From Mantamonas sphyraenae STR306 (Eukaryota; Protista; CRuMs), in assembly GCA_026936335.1 (NCBI GenBank), contig JAPMXV010000003.1:186001-250000 (forward strand): DNA of 64,000 bases, in the 5' to 3' direction. The notes below the pieces were generated by a model that worked only from the letters and a program-made list of their open reading frames with translations, was not told the DNA's origin and made no database searches. Shown here in pieces: positions 12,501-23,700 of this stretch (positions are counted from its first letter, which is position 1; each line of letters starts with the position of its first letter). Position numbers and translations under genes: made by a program.

Positions 12501-15342
12501 CAAACTCGACCCGAATCAATGACGAGTTGACAAAGCCGCTGCCCTGAACCGTCACAGGCACTGCAAGGCGTGCTGGCGACAGACTGGGTTGCACAGCTGC
12601 CACTACAGGGGTCTGGAACACTCGCAGTTTTGATGCTGTGACGTTGGCAAAGTCGACGCCGTTGGTCGTGACGCCAACATCCACGACGCCCACGGGCAGG
12701 GCAGGCGTTTTGCAAGTCACCGTTGACACGGAATCAAAGGTTCCATCCACCACGTGATCCCCAAATCGACATTTGATGAGAGGGCCCGTGTTTGTGAATC
12801 CATGCCCAATCATCGTCACATCCGTATCGCCACCGCTTGGCGTCAACTGTGGTGTGATGTCGTCCACTCGAAAGAGATTCCATGCAACCGAGGAACTGTA
12901 CTGCTGGCCGTTGAGAGAGATCGAGACCTCTCCCGGCCCGCTGCAACACATTGCAGGCAGTACCGCGCGGACATTGCCTGCATCCAGGAACGTTCCCGAC
13001 ACCGTCGTCTCTGTAGGGGTCCCACCTACTCCGCCTCCACGCACACGTACACGCACCTCGCCTGTGTTTGTGAACGGGAGCCCCTCACTGGGCTGGAGTC
13101 TCACAACCACACCAGCGACGTTCACTGGCCCCGTGGCTGGGATCACCACCGACAGTCCATGCGGGGGGTACAACTCAAACGAAACTGAACCACCCACATA
13201 CTGCTGACCGTTCATGGCAACCTGCACCGACACCGTATGCCTTGAGGCCGTCGCAAAATCTCCTGTCGTTGTGTTCACAACGACGCCGCCCATCGTGTGC
13301 ATCAATGTGCCCATTTGCGTCTGTGTTGTCAAACCCGCCGCCTCGAAACGCACCTTCGGCTTGTCATTCGCGTGTTTCAGTCCTTGACCTGTCAGAGTAA
13401 CCGCTGTGCCACCTGTGGTTGGTCCAGATGCAGGCGAAACGCTTCCCAGAGTCATGTTGAAGACCAGAAAGCCATTGGCTTCCACAGCGTGGTACTGCTG
13501 CCCGTTCAGCGTCACAGAAACCGTGTGATTGCCTTCAGCAAGGTTTGCGGGCGACGAGCACGCAATGCTGCTCGCTTGAACTCCCACCACCGAGGAAGTC
13601 CTGTTGCTTGCACCATCCGCAGAGAACACACACTTGGCAGAATCCAGCGACTGCCGGACGCCAGAAAGGTTGAACGCAGCCACCGTGATGCTCGTGGCAC
13701 CTTCCAGTGGTCCCGAGTGCGGCGCTAGCGACAACATTCGTCCCGAGTAGGCCACAAACACGGGCGCCACATACAGCGGGCTTGTTGAATTGGAAGGCAC
13801 GAAAACACTGTACCGATCCACCTTTGTCACGGCCGGAGTATCGCACTCTAGCCGCGTGGACGACTTGAAGTTGCATGACTGGAACGGAATCACCGGACCA
13901 TTGCCGGCCTGAAACACAGGCAGGCGGCCGGCTTCCAGTTTACCTCCTACAATGGTCACTTTGGTTCCACCTTGAACCGGTCCCAGGATCGGTGACACCT
14001 CGTTGATCACGGGGAAAGATGCGTTGCACAATGGTTGGCCGGGCAGAAAGTTGGCTGTCCCTTCAGCACACCGGAAGCATTGAGTGGCATCCGACGTGTT
14101 CCCAAAGAATCCCACGGGGCACAGTGTGCAATCTTTGCTCGGATCTTCCAATGGATCAGGCAAAGCCGACACACTGCCGGAGAACGAACCCACCTGCGGG
14201 CAGTCGGCCACAGATTTGAATTTGCTCAACAGGGGATCGTTGATTCCTGCCAGCGGACGCGTGAACGACGATCCGGTGCCACCGGCCACAAAAATCTGTC
14301 CACTCGGTGACACAGCGACATCGTATCCTCCTTCGCCGGAGGTGGCAGTTCCCCAAACCTTGGTCCACACCAAACTCCCATCTGCGCTGGAAAGCTTCAG
14401 TAGCACAATGTCCCCAGATCCAACCATTGGTTGACCGTTGAATGAAGCGCCCCCGTTGCTCGTTATCACGGCATACACCGACGCCTCGTCGGGGGACAGG
14501 GCAATCCCCCCAGCCGCGAGGGAGATCGTGTTTCCGAACTGCGAGATCCACTGAAGGTGCCCGGTTGAGTTCCACATGGCCACAAATATCTGATCAGTTG
14601 CACCCGCTGTGCCATTCTCCAGGTTTCCTCGAGTTTTTCCCGACACCCAAACGCTGCCCGTCCGATTCGACACGACAACGCCGCTGCCCTCCTCGTTTTC
14701 TGGTGTCCCAATTTGCCGCGTCCACAGCTCCGTTCCAGCTTTCGACATCAGTCGCACAAACACATCCATCCCCCCTGCATTGGTTCCCTGCAGACTGCCA
14801 GTTGTGGATCCGGCCACAGCTACAAATTGTCCGGCGGCATCCACACAAGTCGAGACATCGTTGCCGCTGGTTCCAAACACAAATGTCGAGCTTAGAGTCG
14901 AGTTTGTTGCTGACGTGAGAGCAAGAAACACGTCATCTCCGCCTTGCGATGCTTGACCCGAGAACGAGCCCGTGAATTGCCCTGTGACCCAAACGCCTCC
15001 GTCGACTGCCGCTTGGATTCCGCGAATGCTGCTTGGGGACATATCAATGACGCTTTGCCATACGACCTGTCCGTTTCGGTCCAGCTTGTTCACTTTAGTG
15101 TTGTCCGCCACGAAAACATCCTCGTTCGTGGCGACCGACACGCGACGGTACGAGTCTCCTTGCACGCTCCACACACGCTTGCCAGCGTCCGTCCAGCGCG
15201 TGATGTCGCCAAGACTGCCCACAAAAATGTCACCCTGCTCATGGATGGACACCGTAAACGCATATGAGAAAGAACCGGGACTGCCCCACTGCTCCGTCCA
15301 ATCTCCCGCCACCAGCGTAGACAAGGCACACACCGTCAACAT
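9520..15342 (-). CDS. Large cell-surface multipass protein: signal peptide, SBBP-type beta-propeller, IPT/TIG repeats, Cys-rich repeats, multi-TM C-terminus
   Basis: Intronless 1940 aa ORF. Propeller blades such as GGMDVFVRLMSKAGTELWTRQIGT; about 9 IPT repeats (SPxxGPxxGGTxVTIxG...VSVTLNGQQY); CxxGYxGxLCxxC repeats; several hydrophobic helices at the C-terminus. Confidence 0.85.
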   Translation of the reverse strand: MLTVCALSTLVAGDWTEQWGSPGSFSYAFTVSIHEQGDIFVGSLGDITRWTDAGKRVWSVQGDSYRRVSVATNEDVFVADNTKVNKLDRNGQVVWQSVIDMSPSSIRGIQAAVDGGVWVTGQFTGSFSGQASQGGDDVFLALTSATNSTLSSTFVFGTSGNDVSTCVDAAGQFVAVAGSTTGSLQGTNAGGMDVFVRLMSKAGTELWTRQIGTPENEEGSGVVVSNRTGSVWVSGKTRGNLENGTAGATDQIFVAMWNSTGHLQWISQFGNTISLAAGGIALSPDEASVYAVITSNGGASFNGQPMVGSGDIVLLKLSSADGSLVWTKVWGTATSGEGGYDVAVSPSGQIFVAGGTGSSFTRPLAGINDPLLSKFKSVADCPQVGSFSGSVSALPDPLEDPSKDCTLCPVGFFGNTSDATQCFRCAEGTANFLPGQPLCNASFPVINEVSPILGPVQGGTKVTIVGGKLEAGRLPVFQAGNGPVIPFQSCNFKSSTRLECDTPAVTKVDRYSVFVPSNSTSPLYVAPVFVAYSGRMLSLAPHSGPLEGATSITVAAFNLSGVRQSLDSAKCVFSADGASNRTSSVVGVQASSIACSSPANLAEGNHTVSVTLNGQQYHAVEANGFLVFNMTLGSVSPASGPTTGGTAVTLTGQGLKHANDKPKVRFEAAGLTTQTQMGTLMHTMGGVVVNTTTGDFATASRHTVSVQVAMNGQQYVGGSVSFELYPPHGLSVVIPATGPVNVAGVVVRLQPSEGLPFTNTGEVRVRVRGGGVGGTPTETTVSGTFLDAGNVRAVLPAMCCSGPGEVSISLNGQQYSSSVAWNLFRVDDITPQLTPSGGDTDVTMIGHGFTNTGPLIKCRFGDHVVDGTFDSVSTVTCKTPALPVGVVDVGVTTNGVDFANVTASKLRVFQTPVVAAVQPSLSPARLAVPVTVQGSGFVNSSLIRVEFGSVSVPGVYHSSTRITCVSPALLAGTVDVRVSMNGQLRATQMSSVSAIPFRPVNPQVDGVAPIAVPLAGGTRVNVSGLHLLQSEVTHSMRVWVKSNPPVFLNVTSLPVVISMPDMTSRVSFGSSTVQSVDVEVEVSTNGGETWTVDKRYVRIFRPPMMASVRPSAMPLSGGTTVTLSGTFAPPLDTPRVQWRDANGRRSQALPASAQQSSGQSVAVTTLEGYIRTTGASETLFLWFALNGVDFVDTGLSVVAYADPQVASVEPIQKPPGRTNSVTIRGVGFIDTGSVVVQLGTGNLFQPTSVSATEIVFESPANHTQGEYLVQVSLDAGQHFSPKATEATGTSARFKVLPEPIVCPTNTESIRDQAESLADCQCIRNFFEPQGRAGRPCLECPANANCDGLLSAPVARPGYFATVTNGNPRFVRCAVASACLGGKGSPCAEGYTGVLCGVCGNGFYRVGETCRACDPAASSSLGLMVLLFVLFLYFVKRQVRAGQRSTGKVLALVIGHLQVMSTFAGYRMQWPTAAQRVLDAFSVSNFNLDLAAPECTQTGWTYEARFLTTMALPFCVGVGLILRVVVQFLRASWVMNHGEGFRHAHPRFCAPPTAHQSRWTFPFDLARFHLSKLFTESELVDQETLRLLLNEVVFTLGLLYIPLCTRVLEVFDCTEVRTGVSVMDVDPSITCWEGRHMTLVWMGVVFGLLFVLGIPAVYAVIMWHGRQEERRKHPHFAQKFSSIYRKYRLQCYWFEALLMLRKVAVVAVKLFATTLPTLQGLLGLLVLGGASVMHERSRPFKARRANNLESILLVESLLLLMAGMVFVTSTDDASGGTDAWEVITVAVAVSVLVVCAWFVVDDLRVGLRQRQRLLALDERKVAELGKWLDAASTVFHVSFLSRVEAISMKKSVGELQALVAEVERVHEVSENKEVHVLTAKQSEVLPERLVQLVHAAAVATDSAVGKGTPLLLEMLTEISESGKGVKGREEVALSSVGSGGQ

Positions 15343-15877
15343 GATCTACAGTTTTGTGAATCCGTGATTGTATGCATTCGCGTTTTTGTTGTTGTGGAGG
15401 AGTTGCGTGGTTGTGTGTGGGCATGCGTGTCAGCAAACGCAAGAACTTGTTCAGACCAGTTCAGACATCCTTCCAAATTTGGGTTGTGTTGCGCGTGTTC
15501 GCTTTCCCACCGGCTTATGCCCTACACACGCCAAATCCTTCACTTTTGATTAGCCCCTCAACCCCCTCAACCCCCTTGCAACTCCTGTGCGCTCACATAC
15601 CTGCACTTGTTGCCTTGAAAGCAATCTGCACAAAATTCCAGAGCCATGCGCATCACCTCTCATTTTCCCGCAGCGAATTGCCCTCTTTCCAAAGGCACCC
15701 CACCGCAAATGAGTCGAATCCATCGCAATGATCTCTGCTCTCTGGTGAGAAAATGTGCCTTGGCGTGCGCGTCCACATGTGTTCAGTGTCGCTCTGCTTT
15801 TGACCCGACCTTGCACTCTGCACGGCCAGACCAGATTCCAACCACAATTCCCCGTCTTTCATTCGCCATGTCATCCA

Positions 15878-16960
15878 TCATCCCCTCTCTTCGCTACGCT
15901 CCTCAAACAGCTCCGTGAACCGCCGCTGCTTCCACTCCTCGCTCTCTCCTTTCTCCGCAAAGCTCTCCTCGCCTCCCCCCCGCTTCTTGGCCTTGGCTTT
16001 CCCCTTTCCCTTCCCCTTCACTGCTGCTTTGCCCCTCTTGACCGGGCTCGCTTTTGCCCGGCTAACACGTCGTCGTTTGCTGCCAGACGCCGCCTGTTCT
16101 TCCTCCTCCTCCTCCTCCTCATCCTGCATCTCTGCCAAGCTCCGCTTCCCCCCCGTGCTCCCAATCCCTGCCTTTTGTCCCTCTGCCTGCTTCTTGGCCA
16201 CAAAGTCCCGCATGAACCGCGCACGCACCTCGTCCAGGCTGCCGCCGCTCGATTGCCTTGTCACTCGTTTCGACGCCGGCACCTCCTCCTCCACAACCGC
16301 GTCCGCCTCTTCCATGGCACGGTCCAACAGCTTCAGCTTCTCCGCTCGCATCTTCTCCCTCCTCTGTGCTGCCAATTCTGCATTCGGCGACATCCCTGAC
16401 GCTCCACGGCCCTTCCCGCCTTTCTTCCCGCTTCGCGCGCTCGTCTTCCCGCCCCTGCCCTTTCCCTTCACAGGCGTTTCCACAACCTCCTCTTCTTCTT
16501 CCGCTTCCTCCTCCTCCTCCTCCTCTTCCTCCTCTTCATCATCTTCCTCCTCCTCTTCTTCCTCCTCCACACGTCGCCCGCGCCTGCTGCTCGCTCGCCC
16601 TCTCGCATTCCCCACTCCTCGTCCGCTGCTGCTCGAAGACCTCTTCCTTCCCGAACTGCTCCCACGCCCTTTGCTCTCCTTTTCCACCCGCGTTGTTGTC
16701 ACTGCCTTGCTCTCAGTCGCCTCCGCCGTCCGGCTACGGCTGCTGCTCTGCCGGCTCGAGCGTGGTGTCTCTTTCGCTTCGCTCACCTTGGTGCTCCCTT
16801 TGGCCTTTCCCTTGATCCCCTTCTTCTTTGGCGTTGCCACCTGCTCATCAAACAGCTTCAACTTCTGCTTGCGCAGCTCAGCCATGCGTGACGCCATCTC
16901 TCCTGCGTGCTTTCCGTTTCCTTCAACAGCGCCCGGTGCCCCCTTCCTTCTCCTTCCCAT
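15878..16960 (-). CDS. Hypothetical highly charged low-complexity protein (likely nuclear)
   Basis: Open frame from MGRRRKG with Lys/Arg-rich blocks, poly-Glu tracts and a twice-repeated motif MAELRKQKLKLFD / MRAEKLKLLD. Confidence 0.6.
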   Translation of the reverse strand: MGRRRKGAPGAVEGNGKHAGEMASRMAELRKQKLKLFDEQVATPKKKGIKGKAKGSTKVSEAKETPRSSRQSSSRSRTAEATESKAVTTTRVEKESKGRGSSSGRKRSSSSSGRGVGNARGRASSRRGRRVEEEEEEEEDDEEEEEEEEEEEAEEEEEVVETPVKGKGRGGKTSARSGKKGGKGRGASGMSPNAELAAQRREKMRAEKLKLLDRAMEEADAVVEEEVPASKRVTRQSSGGSLDEVRARFMRDFVAKKQAEGQKAGIGSTGGKRSLAEMQDEEEEEEEEQAASGSKRRRVSRAKASPVKRGKAAVKGKGKGKAKAKKRGGGEESFAEKGESEEWKQRRFTELFEERSEERG

Positions 16961-16989
16961 GCTCCAAAAGTGCCATAATTTCCAACACT

Positions 16990-17832
16990 CTATTCGTTGT
17001 GTCCTCCACACACCCATGTGCTCGACGTGTCCACCTGCTGCAGCGTGCCCACGTTCTCAAACTCGCACTGGCACGCATACGCCGCACCCCCTCTCCACGT
17101 CTTCAAAAACCCACTCAGTTTGTCCACGTTTGGCATGTGCCACCTCAGATGCAGCAGAAGCTCCGATCGCTCCTCCTCTTCCCGCCACCCGCGCCCTTCC
17201 AAACGCACCACGTCAAAGTCGCACTTTGTACACCGCATCTGGTCGCATACCCGCACGCTGTTGAACCCACATCGGCCCGTTTCTTCCCCCGCTGGTCCCA
17301 CATACACCGAGAAGCACCTGTGCAACCCCATTCCTCCCATGTCAGCGACGATCAGCCAAACGCGCGCACCCCCTTTTTCCTTCTCTTTCCCACCCGCCAC
17401 ACTCTGTGACCACGCACATGCTCCATCACCTCAACACACGTATTCCCCATCGTCTCTCCCATACGCCTCTTCCACCTACTTTGCGTTCCCGCCATTCAGC
17501 ACAGTCTGGCTGTGCACCTTGTTCCCGCTCCCGTTTCCCTCGCCAGCCTCTGTGTTCCCGCTCTGGCTGTATCCGCTGAAATCCGGAATTTCCTCATCCA
17601 CCGTCTGCCTCAAATCTGCCAGGAGGTCGTCCACTTCGCTCTTGTATGTCTTTCTCCCGCTAACTGCACCGACCCCCTCCCCACCTCCGCCTCCGCCTCC
17701 GCCTCCGCCTCCTCTGCTCTTCCCGACACCCCCGCTCCGCTTCTCCTTGCCAGACGATGCCCCACTCAGGTATTGCGTCTCCATCGCCCCCAGAAACTTG
17801 TCCAGGTCCCCCAGGTCGTCGCTTGAGCTCAT
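16990..17832 (-). CDS. CFAP418: Cilia- and flagella-associated protein 418 (C8orf37/RMP domain), one intron ~17319-17478
   Basis: CDQMRCTKCDFDVV...W...LRWHMPNVDKL...AYACQC...WVCGGH match C8orf37; N-terminal DDLxxL motifs. Confidence 0.88.
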
Positions 17833-17876
17833 CTCTCTCCCAGCTTCGTCTTGCCCAACACATCGCGCCCCCGGCA

Positions 17877-20315
17877 ATGTCAACCATTGTGCCCCGCATC
17901 TCTCTGGATGTCGTCATCCAAGAGCTCAAGGACCTCAACGCCTCCTGTGCAAAGGTTCGCCAGCTCGCCACCAAGCACCCGGACCTCCAGACTCAAATCG
18001 ACGACCTCGTGGTCGCAAGCACCCAGGTTGCAAAAACCCTCCTGACCCACTCCTCCACCCTCGTGTCCCACAAATTCCTCGGCTCCTCCGCCTCTGCCTC
18101 CGCCTCTGCCTCCGACGCCAAAGACGATGACCCATCTTCCGGCACCGACTCTGACCACTCCTTCGAGTCGGAATCCGTCACCGCAAATCCAGAGGCCACC
18201 CTTTTCGTCGTCGAAACCCTCGCTTGTGTCGTCCACGAGTTTCTCCAGCCCGCCGCACAGGCCCTTGACGAGCTCGCCGACGTCTACGATGGCAACATGT
18301 TTGCCTCCATGCTCTTTGACTTTTCCAAGCGTCAAACCACCCTCCAGATCGCCTGGAGCAAGCTCAACCTCATCCACCCGTACCTTGCCCTCGACAACAT
18401 CGTCCTCCCCGATCAAATCATCAACGAGACCACCCCAGCCCTCCAGGACGTCATGCTCGTCCAGGAGGTCGGCGGCAAGATCGGCCGCAACATGAAGTTT
18501 GCCATGCACATGGTCAACGTCGGCGCAGGTTTCATGAGCGACCTCCATGCAGAGGGCGACGGCCAGGTCGAGAAACTCTTCAACTCCATGCTCGGTGCCG
18601 CAAAGGCGCTCGTCTCAACCGAGGAGAGCAAGCGCAAGGTTGACCTCGCTCGCATGGGCTCCCTCAAGGTCGAGGACATGACCCAGTTCTGGTCCATTCC
18701 AGAGAACGAGTGGCTCAAGAAGCTTAGCCTCGGCGAGATTGCCCTTCCCGTCCTCGAGGTCAACCAGATGGTCATGTTCCATCGCGTCGCCCCGCACCTC
18801 TCCAGCGACGCCATCGACAACGACACCACCGTTGCCTTCCGTCTCATGTTCTCCAAGCCCATTCCCCTCCTCCAGAAGCTCCATCAGGCCCAACACACCA
18901 TCCGCTCTCGCAAGGGCTTCACCGTCGAACTCGTCGCAAAGAACCTCGACGACTGGGCATGGTTCAACCGCGCTGCCATCGACGCCCTCGATGCAGAGCT
19001 CCAGCAGGACGCACAGGAACACGCCGCCGACGACGACGACTCGACTGACACACAACAAGACGGCGCCGGCGCCTCCTCCTCCTCCTCCTCTTCCTCCAAG
19101 AAGAAGAAGGAGCAAAACAAGAAGAAGAAGAGCGACAAGAAGAAAGAGGACAAATTGCCCAAGGATTTCACCTCGGATCCGGAGGACCTGCTGGAAGATG
19201 AGGACGACGACGACGAAAGCCGATCTGCGAAACGACTGTGGAAACTGCTGCACACGCAGGCCAAAGAGTACCATGGTGTGCGGCACCTGTCTGCCTCTCA
19301 AGTCAAAGACTCGGTGCATCTGTTGCGCACCTCTGCCCACGGCCAGCCACTCGAAAACGACACCTCGCAGCTGCCCATCGATCCCAAGCACCTCACACGC
19401 GTCCCTGCCGTCGTCATGCACATCCATGGCGGTGGGTTCGTGGCCATGAGCTCCTTTTCTCACCAGAGTTACCTTGCAACTGTCTCCAAGCGTTTAGGCC
19501 TGCCCATTGTCTCTGTCGACTACAGACTCGCCCCTGACTACCCGTATCCCCTTGGCCTCAACGACTGCATCGACGTTTACCGCTTCCTCAGCAACCCTGC
19601 CCACCTCGCACGCATCGGTCTCGCCACAAACAAGATCTTTGTTGTTGGCGACAGCGCAGGCGGTGGCCTTACTGCCAGCCTTGTCCTCCACGCCATTCAA
19701 AACCAGGAGCGCGTTCCCGACGCCGTCGTCCTCGAATACCCGGCTCTCGATCTCAGCCGCAAATTCTACCCTTCCCAAGCCATGCACTTCCGCGACGACC
19801 TCCTGGCCGTTCAGCTTGTCGAGCTCTGCTCCAACGCATACATCGGCGACGGCGATCCCCTCGCCGACCATCTCCTCAGTCCCATGCAGGCCCCCGACGA
19901 TCTGCTCCTCCAATGGCCCAAGACCGTCTGTGCCGTGGGTGGTCTCGATCCCCTGCGTGACAACACCCTTGTTTTCGTTCATCGCCTTGTCCACCTAGGC
20001 AAGGCCGACAACGTCCGCCTCAAACTCTACCCAGACATCGCCCACGGCTTCCTCAACTTTGACATGATCCCCGAGATGAAGATGACTGTCAACGACCTCT
20101 GCAAATGGCTCCTGGCCTTTCTCGCCGACGACGCAGACCTCGACTTTGTCATGGGCATCTCCCGTGACGACACTTCCTCCTCCTCCTCGGCTTCTCAGGC
20201 ACAGGACGACCAACCCAACGTCTCCTCCACCCCATCCACCACTGGACTCCAGGATGACGATGGAAACGAAGTTCACAAAGTCAAGGTCGTGGTGGGCGAC
20301 GACGCGAACGAATGA
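17877..20315 (+). CDS. Hormone-sensitive lipase-like alpha/beta hydrolase
   Basis: HIHGGGFVAMSSFSHQSYL, SVDYRLAP, nucleophile motif GDSAGG, LDPLRD and HGF; long N-terminal region as in HSL. Confidence 0.9.
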   Translation: MSTIVPRISLDVVIQELKDLNASCAKVRQLATKHPDLQTQIDDLVVASTQVAKTLLTHSSTLVSHKFLGSSASASASASDAKDDDPSSGTDSDHSFESESVTANPEATLFVVETLACVVHEFLQPAAQALDELADVYDGNMFASMLFDFSKRQTTLQIAWSKLNLIHPYLALDNIVLPDQIINETTPALQDVMLVQEVGGKIGRNMKFAMHMVNVGAGFMSDLHAEGDGQVEKLFNSMLGAAKALVSTEESKRKVDLARMGSLKVEDMTQFWSIPENEWLKKLSLGEIALPVLEVNQMVMFHRVAPHLSSDAIDNDTTVAFRLMFSKPIPLLQKLHQAQHTIRSRKGFTVELVAKNLDDWAWFNRAAIDALDAELQQDAQEHAADDDDSTDTQQDGAGASSSSSSSSKKKKEQNKKKKSDKKKEDKLPKDFTSDPEDLLEDEDDDDESRSAKRLWKLLHTQAKEYHGVRHLSASQVKDSVHLLRTSAHGQPLENDTSQLPIDPKHLTRVPAVVMHIHGGGFVAMSSFSHQSYLATVSKRLGLPIVSVDYRLAPDYPYPLGLNDCIDVYRFLSNPAHLARIGLATNKIFVVGDSAGGGLTASLVLHAIQNQERVPDAVVLEYPALDLSRKFYPSQAMHFRDDLLAVQLVELCSNAYIGDGDPLADHLLSPMQAPDDLLLQWPKTVCAVGGLDPLRDNTLVFVHRLVHLGKADNVRLKLYPDIAHGFLNFDMIPEMKMTVNDLCKWLLAFLADDADLDFVMGISRDDTSSSSSASQAQDDQPNVSSTPSTTGLQDDDGNEVHKVKVVVGDDANE

Positions 20316-20435
20316 ACAAGCAGTGTCCCCCAACAGAATTCCTCCCTCATGGGCGCTTCCTTCAGCTCTGCCTTTTCAGCTATTGTTGAAGGCGCTGCCG
20401 CCTCGGGGGGTGCATGCCGTGATCGCATGTCCACC

Positions 20436-20685
20436 ATGGTCGCCAACAGAGGTCCGTAACGGCTGAAGCGCCAAAATCCAATCCGTCGCACCCCCACCGC
20501 TCTCCACTGCCACCACAGCCATGTCTTCCACTCGCCTTGTGCTCACTCTGTGCCTCTGCTTCACGCTATTGCCCGTCCGCGTGCCCGTACGTCCTGTATT
20601 TCCTCCTCCCACAGGCGACGTCGCCGTCGACGTCAACTCAGGTGCGTTTGTTTGGCCCTTTCCACATCCACCGCTTTGCCCTCGT

Positions 20686-20719
<34 letters not shown>

Positions 20720-23700
20720 ATCCGCTGCCTCTCCGCCTCCATATCTCGCACGGCTTGTGTCCATCCACACGCACTCCTTGCTTCTCTCGTCCGGTGTGAC
20801 GTTTGTGTCCGTGTCCACAACCCCACGTGAGTGTTGCCTTCCGACGCTCACCTCCTCTCCGCAACAGATTCCGACTTTTCAAGCGATCTCGACTCGGACT
20901 CGGATGATGAAGACGGCTACAAGGAGACAGAGGCGGACAAGGTCGAGTTTGAGGGCTACTCGCGCAAGCGACACCTTATGCCGCCGTCCAGCGAGGTGGA
21001 AAAGGCGATGGCCCTTGCGCGCCTCCACCGCGCCGCCGAGAAGAACGAGCTGGAGCTGCTCGAAACCTGCATTGACGCAGGTCTTTTTATTGATCAAACC
21101 AACTCCCAGGGCTACACCCCGCTCCAGGTCGCTCTGCTGAATGGCCACCACGAAACTGCGGTCGTGCTCATCAATGCTGGCGCAAACTGCTGCATTTTCA
21201 CAGACGACAACTTCTCCATGCTGCACATCGTCGTCATGAAGTGCAAGGAAAAGATCAAAGACGCCTCGTTTGTCAAAAAGATGGCCAATGTCGCCAGCCT
21301 GCTGCGAGTCCACGGCTGCGACGCAAACTTCCAGAACGGCGACGGCCTCACCGCATACGATCTGGCACGCAAGCTCGGTGCCCAGGATCTCACAAACATC
21401 ACCAATCCGTTCCACCTGCACAACGCCGTCTTTGACATGGATTCGGGCAAAATCAACAACGTCGCCCTCCTCGAGGAGTTGCTCAGCGTCCCGGGACAGG
21501 ACGTCGACATTCGCAACGAAGAGGGCAAGTCTGCTCTGCACGTCGCCGCCGAAAAGGGCGCCCTCGAGTGTGCCGAGCTGCTCGTTGAGGCTGGCGCAAA
21601 CGTTCTTCTCAAGGACAACATGGGCCTCGCCCCAAAGAACTGGGCCACTTTCAATGGCCAACAAAAGGTGGCCGACTACCTCGTACAAGCCGAGATGGAG
21701 TACAAGAAGAAGGAGGCTGCCAAGCGCAAGATGAAACTCAAGGAGATGGGCAACACCAATCGCTTCCGCTTCCTCAAGGCCTTCCGCCCGCAGGTCACCT
21801 ACTTTGCCTTTCTCACCCTGCTGGCCATTGTGGTCATTGCACGCACGTCTACAGACTTCCATGGTTACTACTTCAAGACTCTCATCGAGGGTTCCATCAT
21901 GGACGGCGACGACGGCGGACGCGGAGACACAACCGAGCTCACCCTGGCCGGCTCAGACCACTTTTGGAGTTATGTGGACGAGTACCTGGTACCCACTCTA
22001 TGGGGAGGCACAAGTACAGGCGTCACCATGGACTACAGCGAACTTGTGGGCGCAGTGCGGTTCCGCCAGCTGCGTGTCAAAGCCAACAGCTGCAGCCTGC
22101 CTGCGTTTGCCAAACCCACCATTTCCGTGTGCTACGCTTCCTTTGACGACTACACTGAATCATCCGATGCATACGGCCCCTCCAACAAGTTTACGTACTC
22201 TTCCGCTGCGACGCTGGGCTACCACGCAGTCGAAGGCAGGTTTGGCACATACACAGGCGGTGGCTTTGTGCAGGACTTTGGGGCCACGCTGTCGCTCAAT
22301 GCCACACAGACCATGGTCGAATCGCTCAAGACGGACAGCTGGATCGATGCACAGACGCGTGCAATCCTGGTCGACGTCAACCTGTACAATCCCAACATCA
22401 ACATGGTGGCCAACACGCGCATCATCAACGAATTCCCACCCACCGGTGGATTCCTTGTCTCTTCGCGCATCCAAGCCATGTACGTCACGCCGTACTACAA
22501 CGGGTGGGACTATGTCAGCCACGTTCTCGAGCTCGCTCTGCTGGCCTTTGTCATCTACTACGCGGTCATGCTGGGCAAACAGCTCATGCGCCAGAAACGC
22601 GCCTTCTTCTACGACATGTGGAACAACCTGGACATGCTCATCACCACTCTCTTCCTGCTGAGCTTCTCCCTGCGCTTTGCCAGCCTGGGAATCGCAGGCG
22701 AAGCACTTGCCACCTTTGAGCGCGACCGGACATCACACATCTCCTTTGAGTCCCTCACGCGCGTGTTTCGATTGGAGCGCGACCTGCTGGCCACCGCCAC
22801 CATCCTTTGCTGGATGCGGCTGATCAAGTACACCCAGCAGCTGCCGCACATCGGTCCCTTTGTGCTGACCGTGGCCAAGATGTCCCAAGACCTGGTCATG
22901 TTCATTGCCATGAGTGTGGTGGTGCTGTGTGGTGTCTCGCTTGCCTTTATGCTGTCGTTTGGCACGCAAGCGTTCGGCTTCCGCGGCTTTGGCGCCACCC
23001 TGAACACGCTGTTTCGCTCTGTGTTTGGCGACTTTGAGTTGGTCAACGTGAGCAGCAACCCGAGCATGGGCACCATGCTCTTTGTTGCCCACGAGATGTT
23101 TACCACAATCATCCTGCTCAACCTGCTCGTCGCCATCCTCAACGACACCTACTCGCGCTACCAGAAGCTGTACAAAATCCAGTGGCGCGACGCAGCGGTA
23201 GCCGACTTGTTGGCAGAGGCAGGCGGCGATGCAAATGACGAGATTGCTGCGCTGATGAAGGAGGAGCTCGAGAAGGAGCTGGGTGGCATGATCGACGTGG
23301 GCCAGGACGTGGACGACGAGAGCAAGGCGCTCGAGGAGGACATCAAGAACATGATGTCCAAGGTGACCACGTTGGCCGAGACGGAGAAGAAGCGCACGCG
23401 CGACCTGGCCGAACAGTTTGAGAAGCTGGACGACAAGATCGAAACCACGGTGAAGCAGATGACGCTGTCGCCCGAACAGATTTCGGAGATGGAAAACCGT
23501 CTGGAGATGCTGGAGAAGAAGGTCGTGGAGAAGGACTCGTTGATCGAGCACGTGCTGACCGAAAAGGAGGAGCAACGCCTGAAGATGATCAAGGACTTTG
23601 ACATGAAGCTGGCTGCGGCCAAGAAGGCCAAGAAGGAGAGCGAAGAAAAGTTGCGCACGGCCGCCAAGCAGCTGCGCGGTGACTTGCGAGGCGAAATGGA

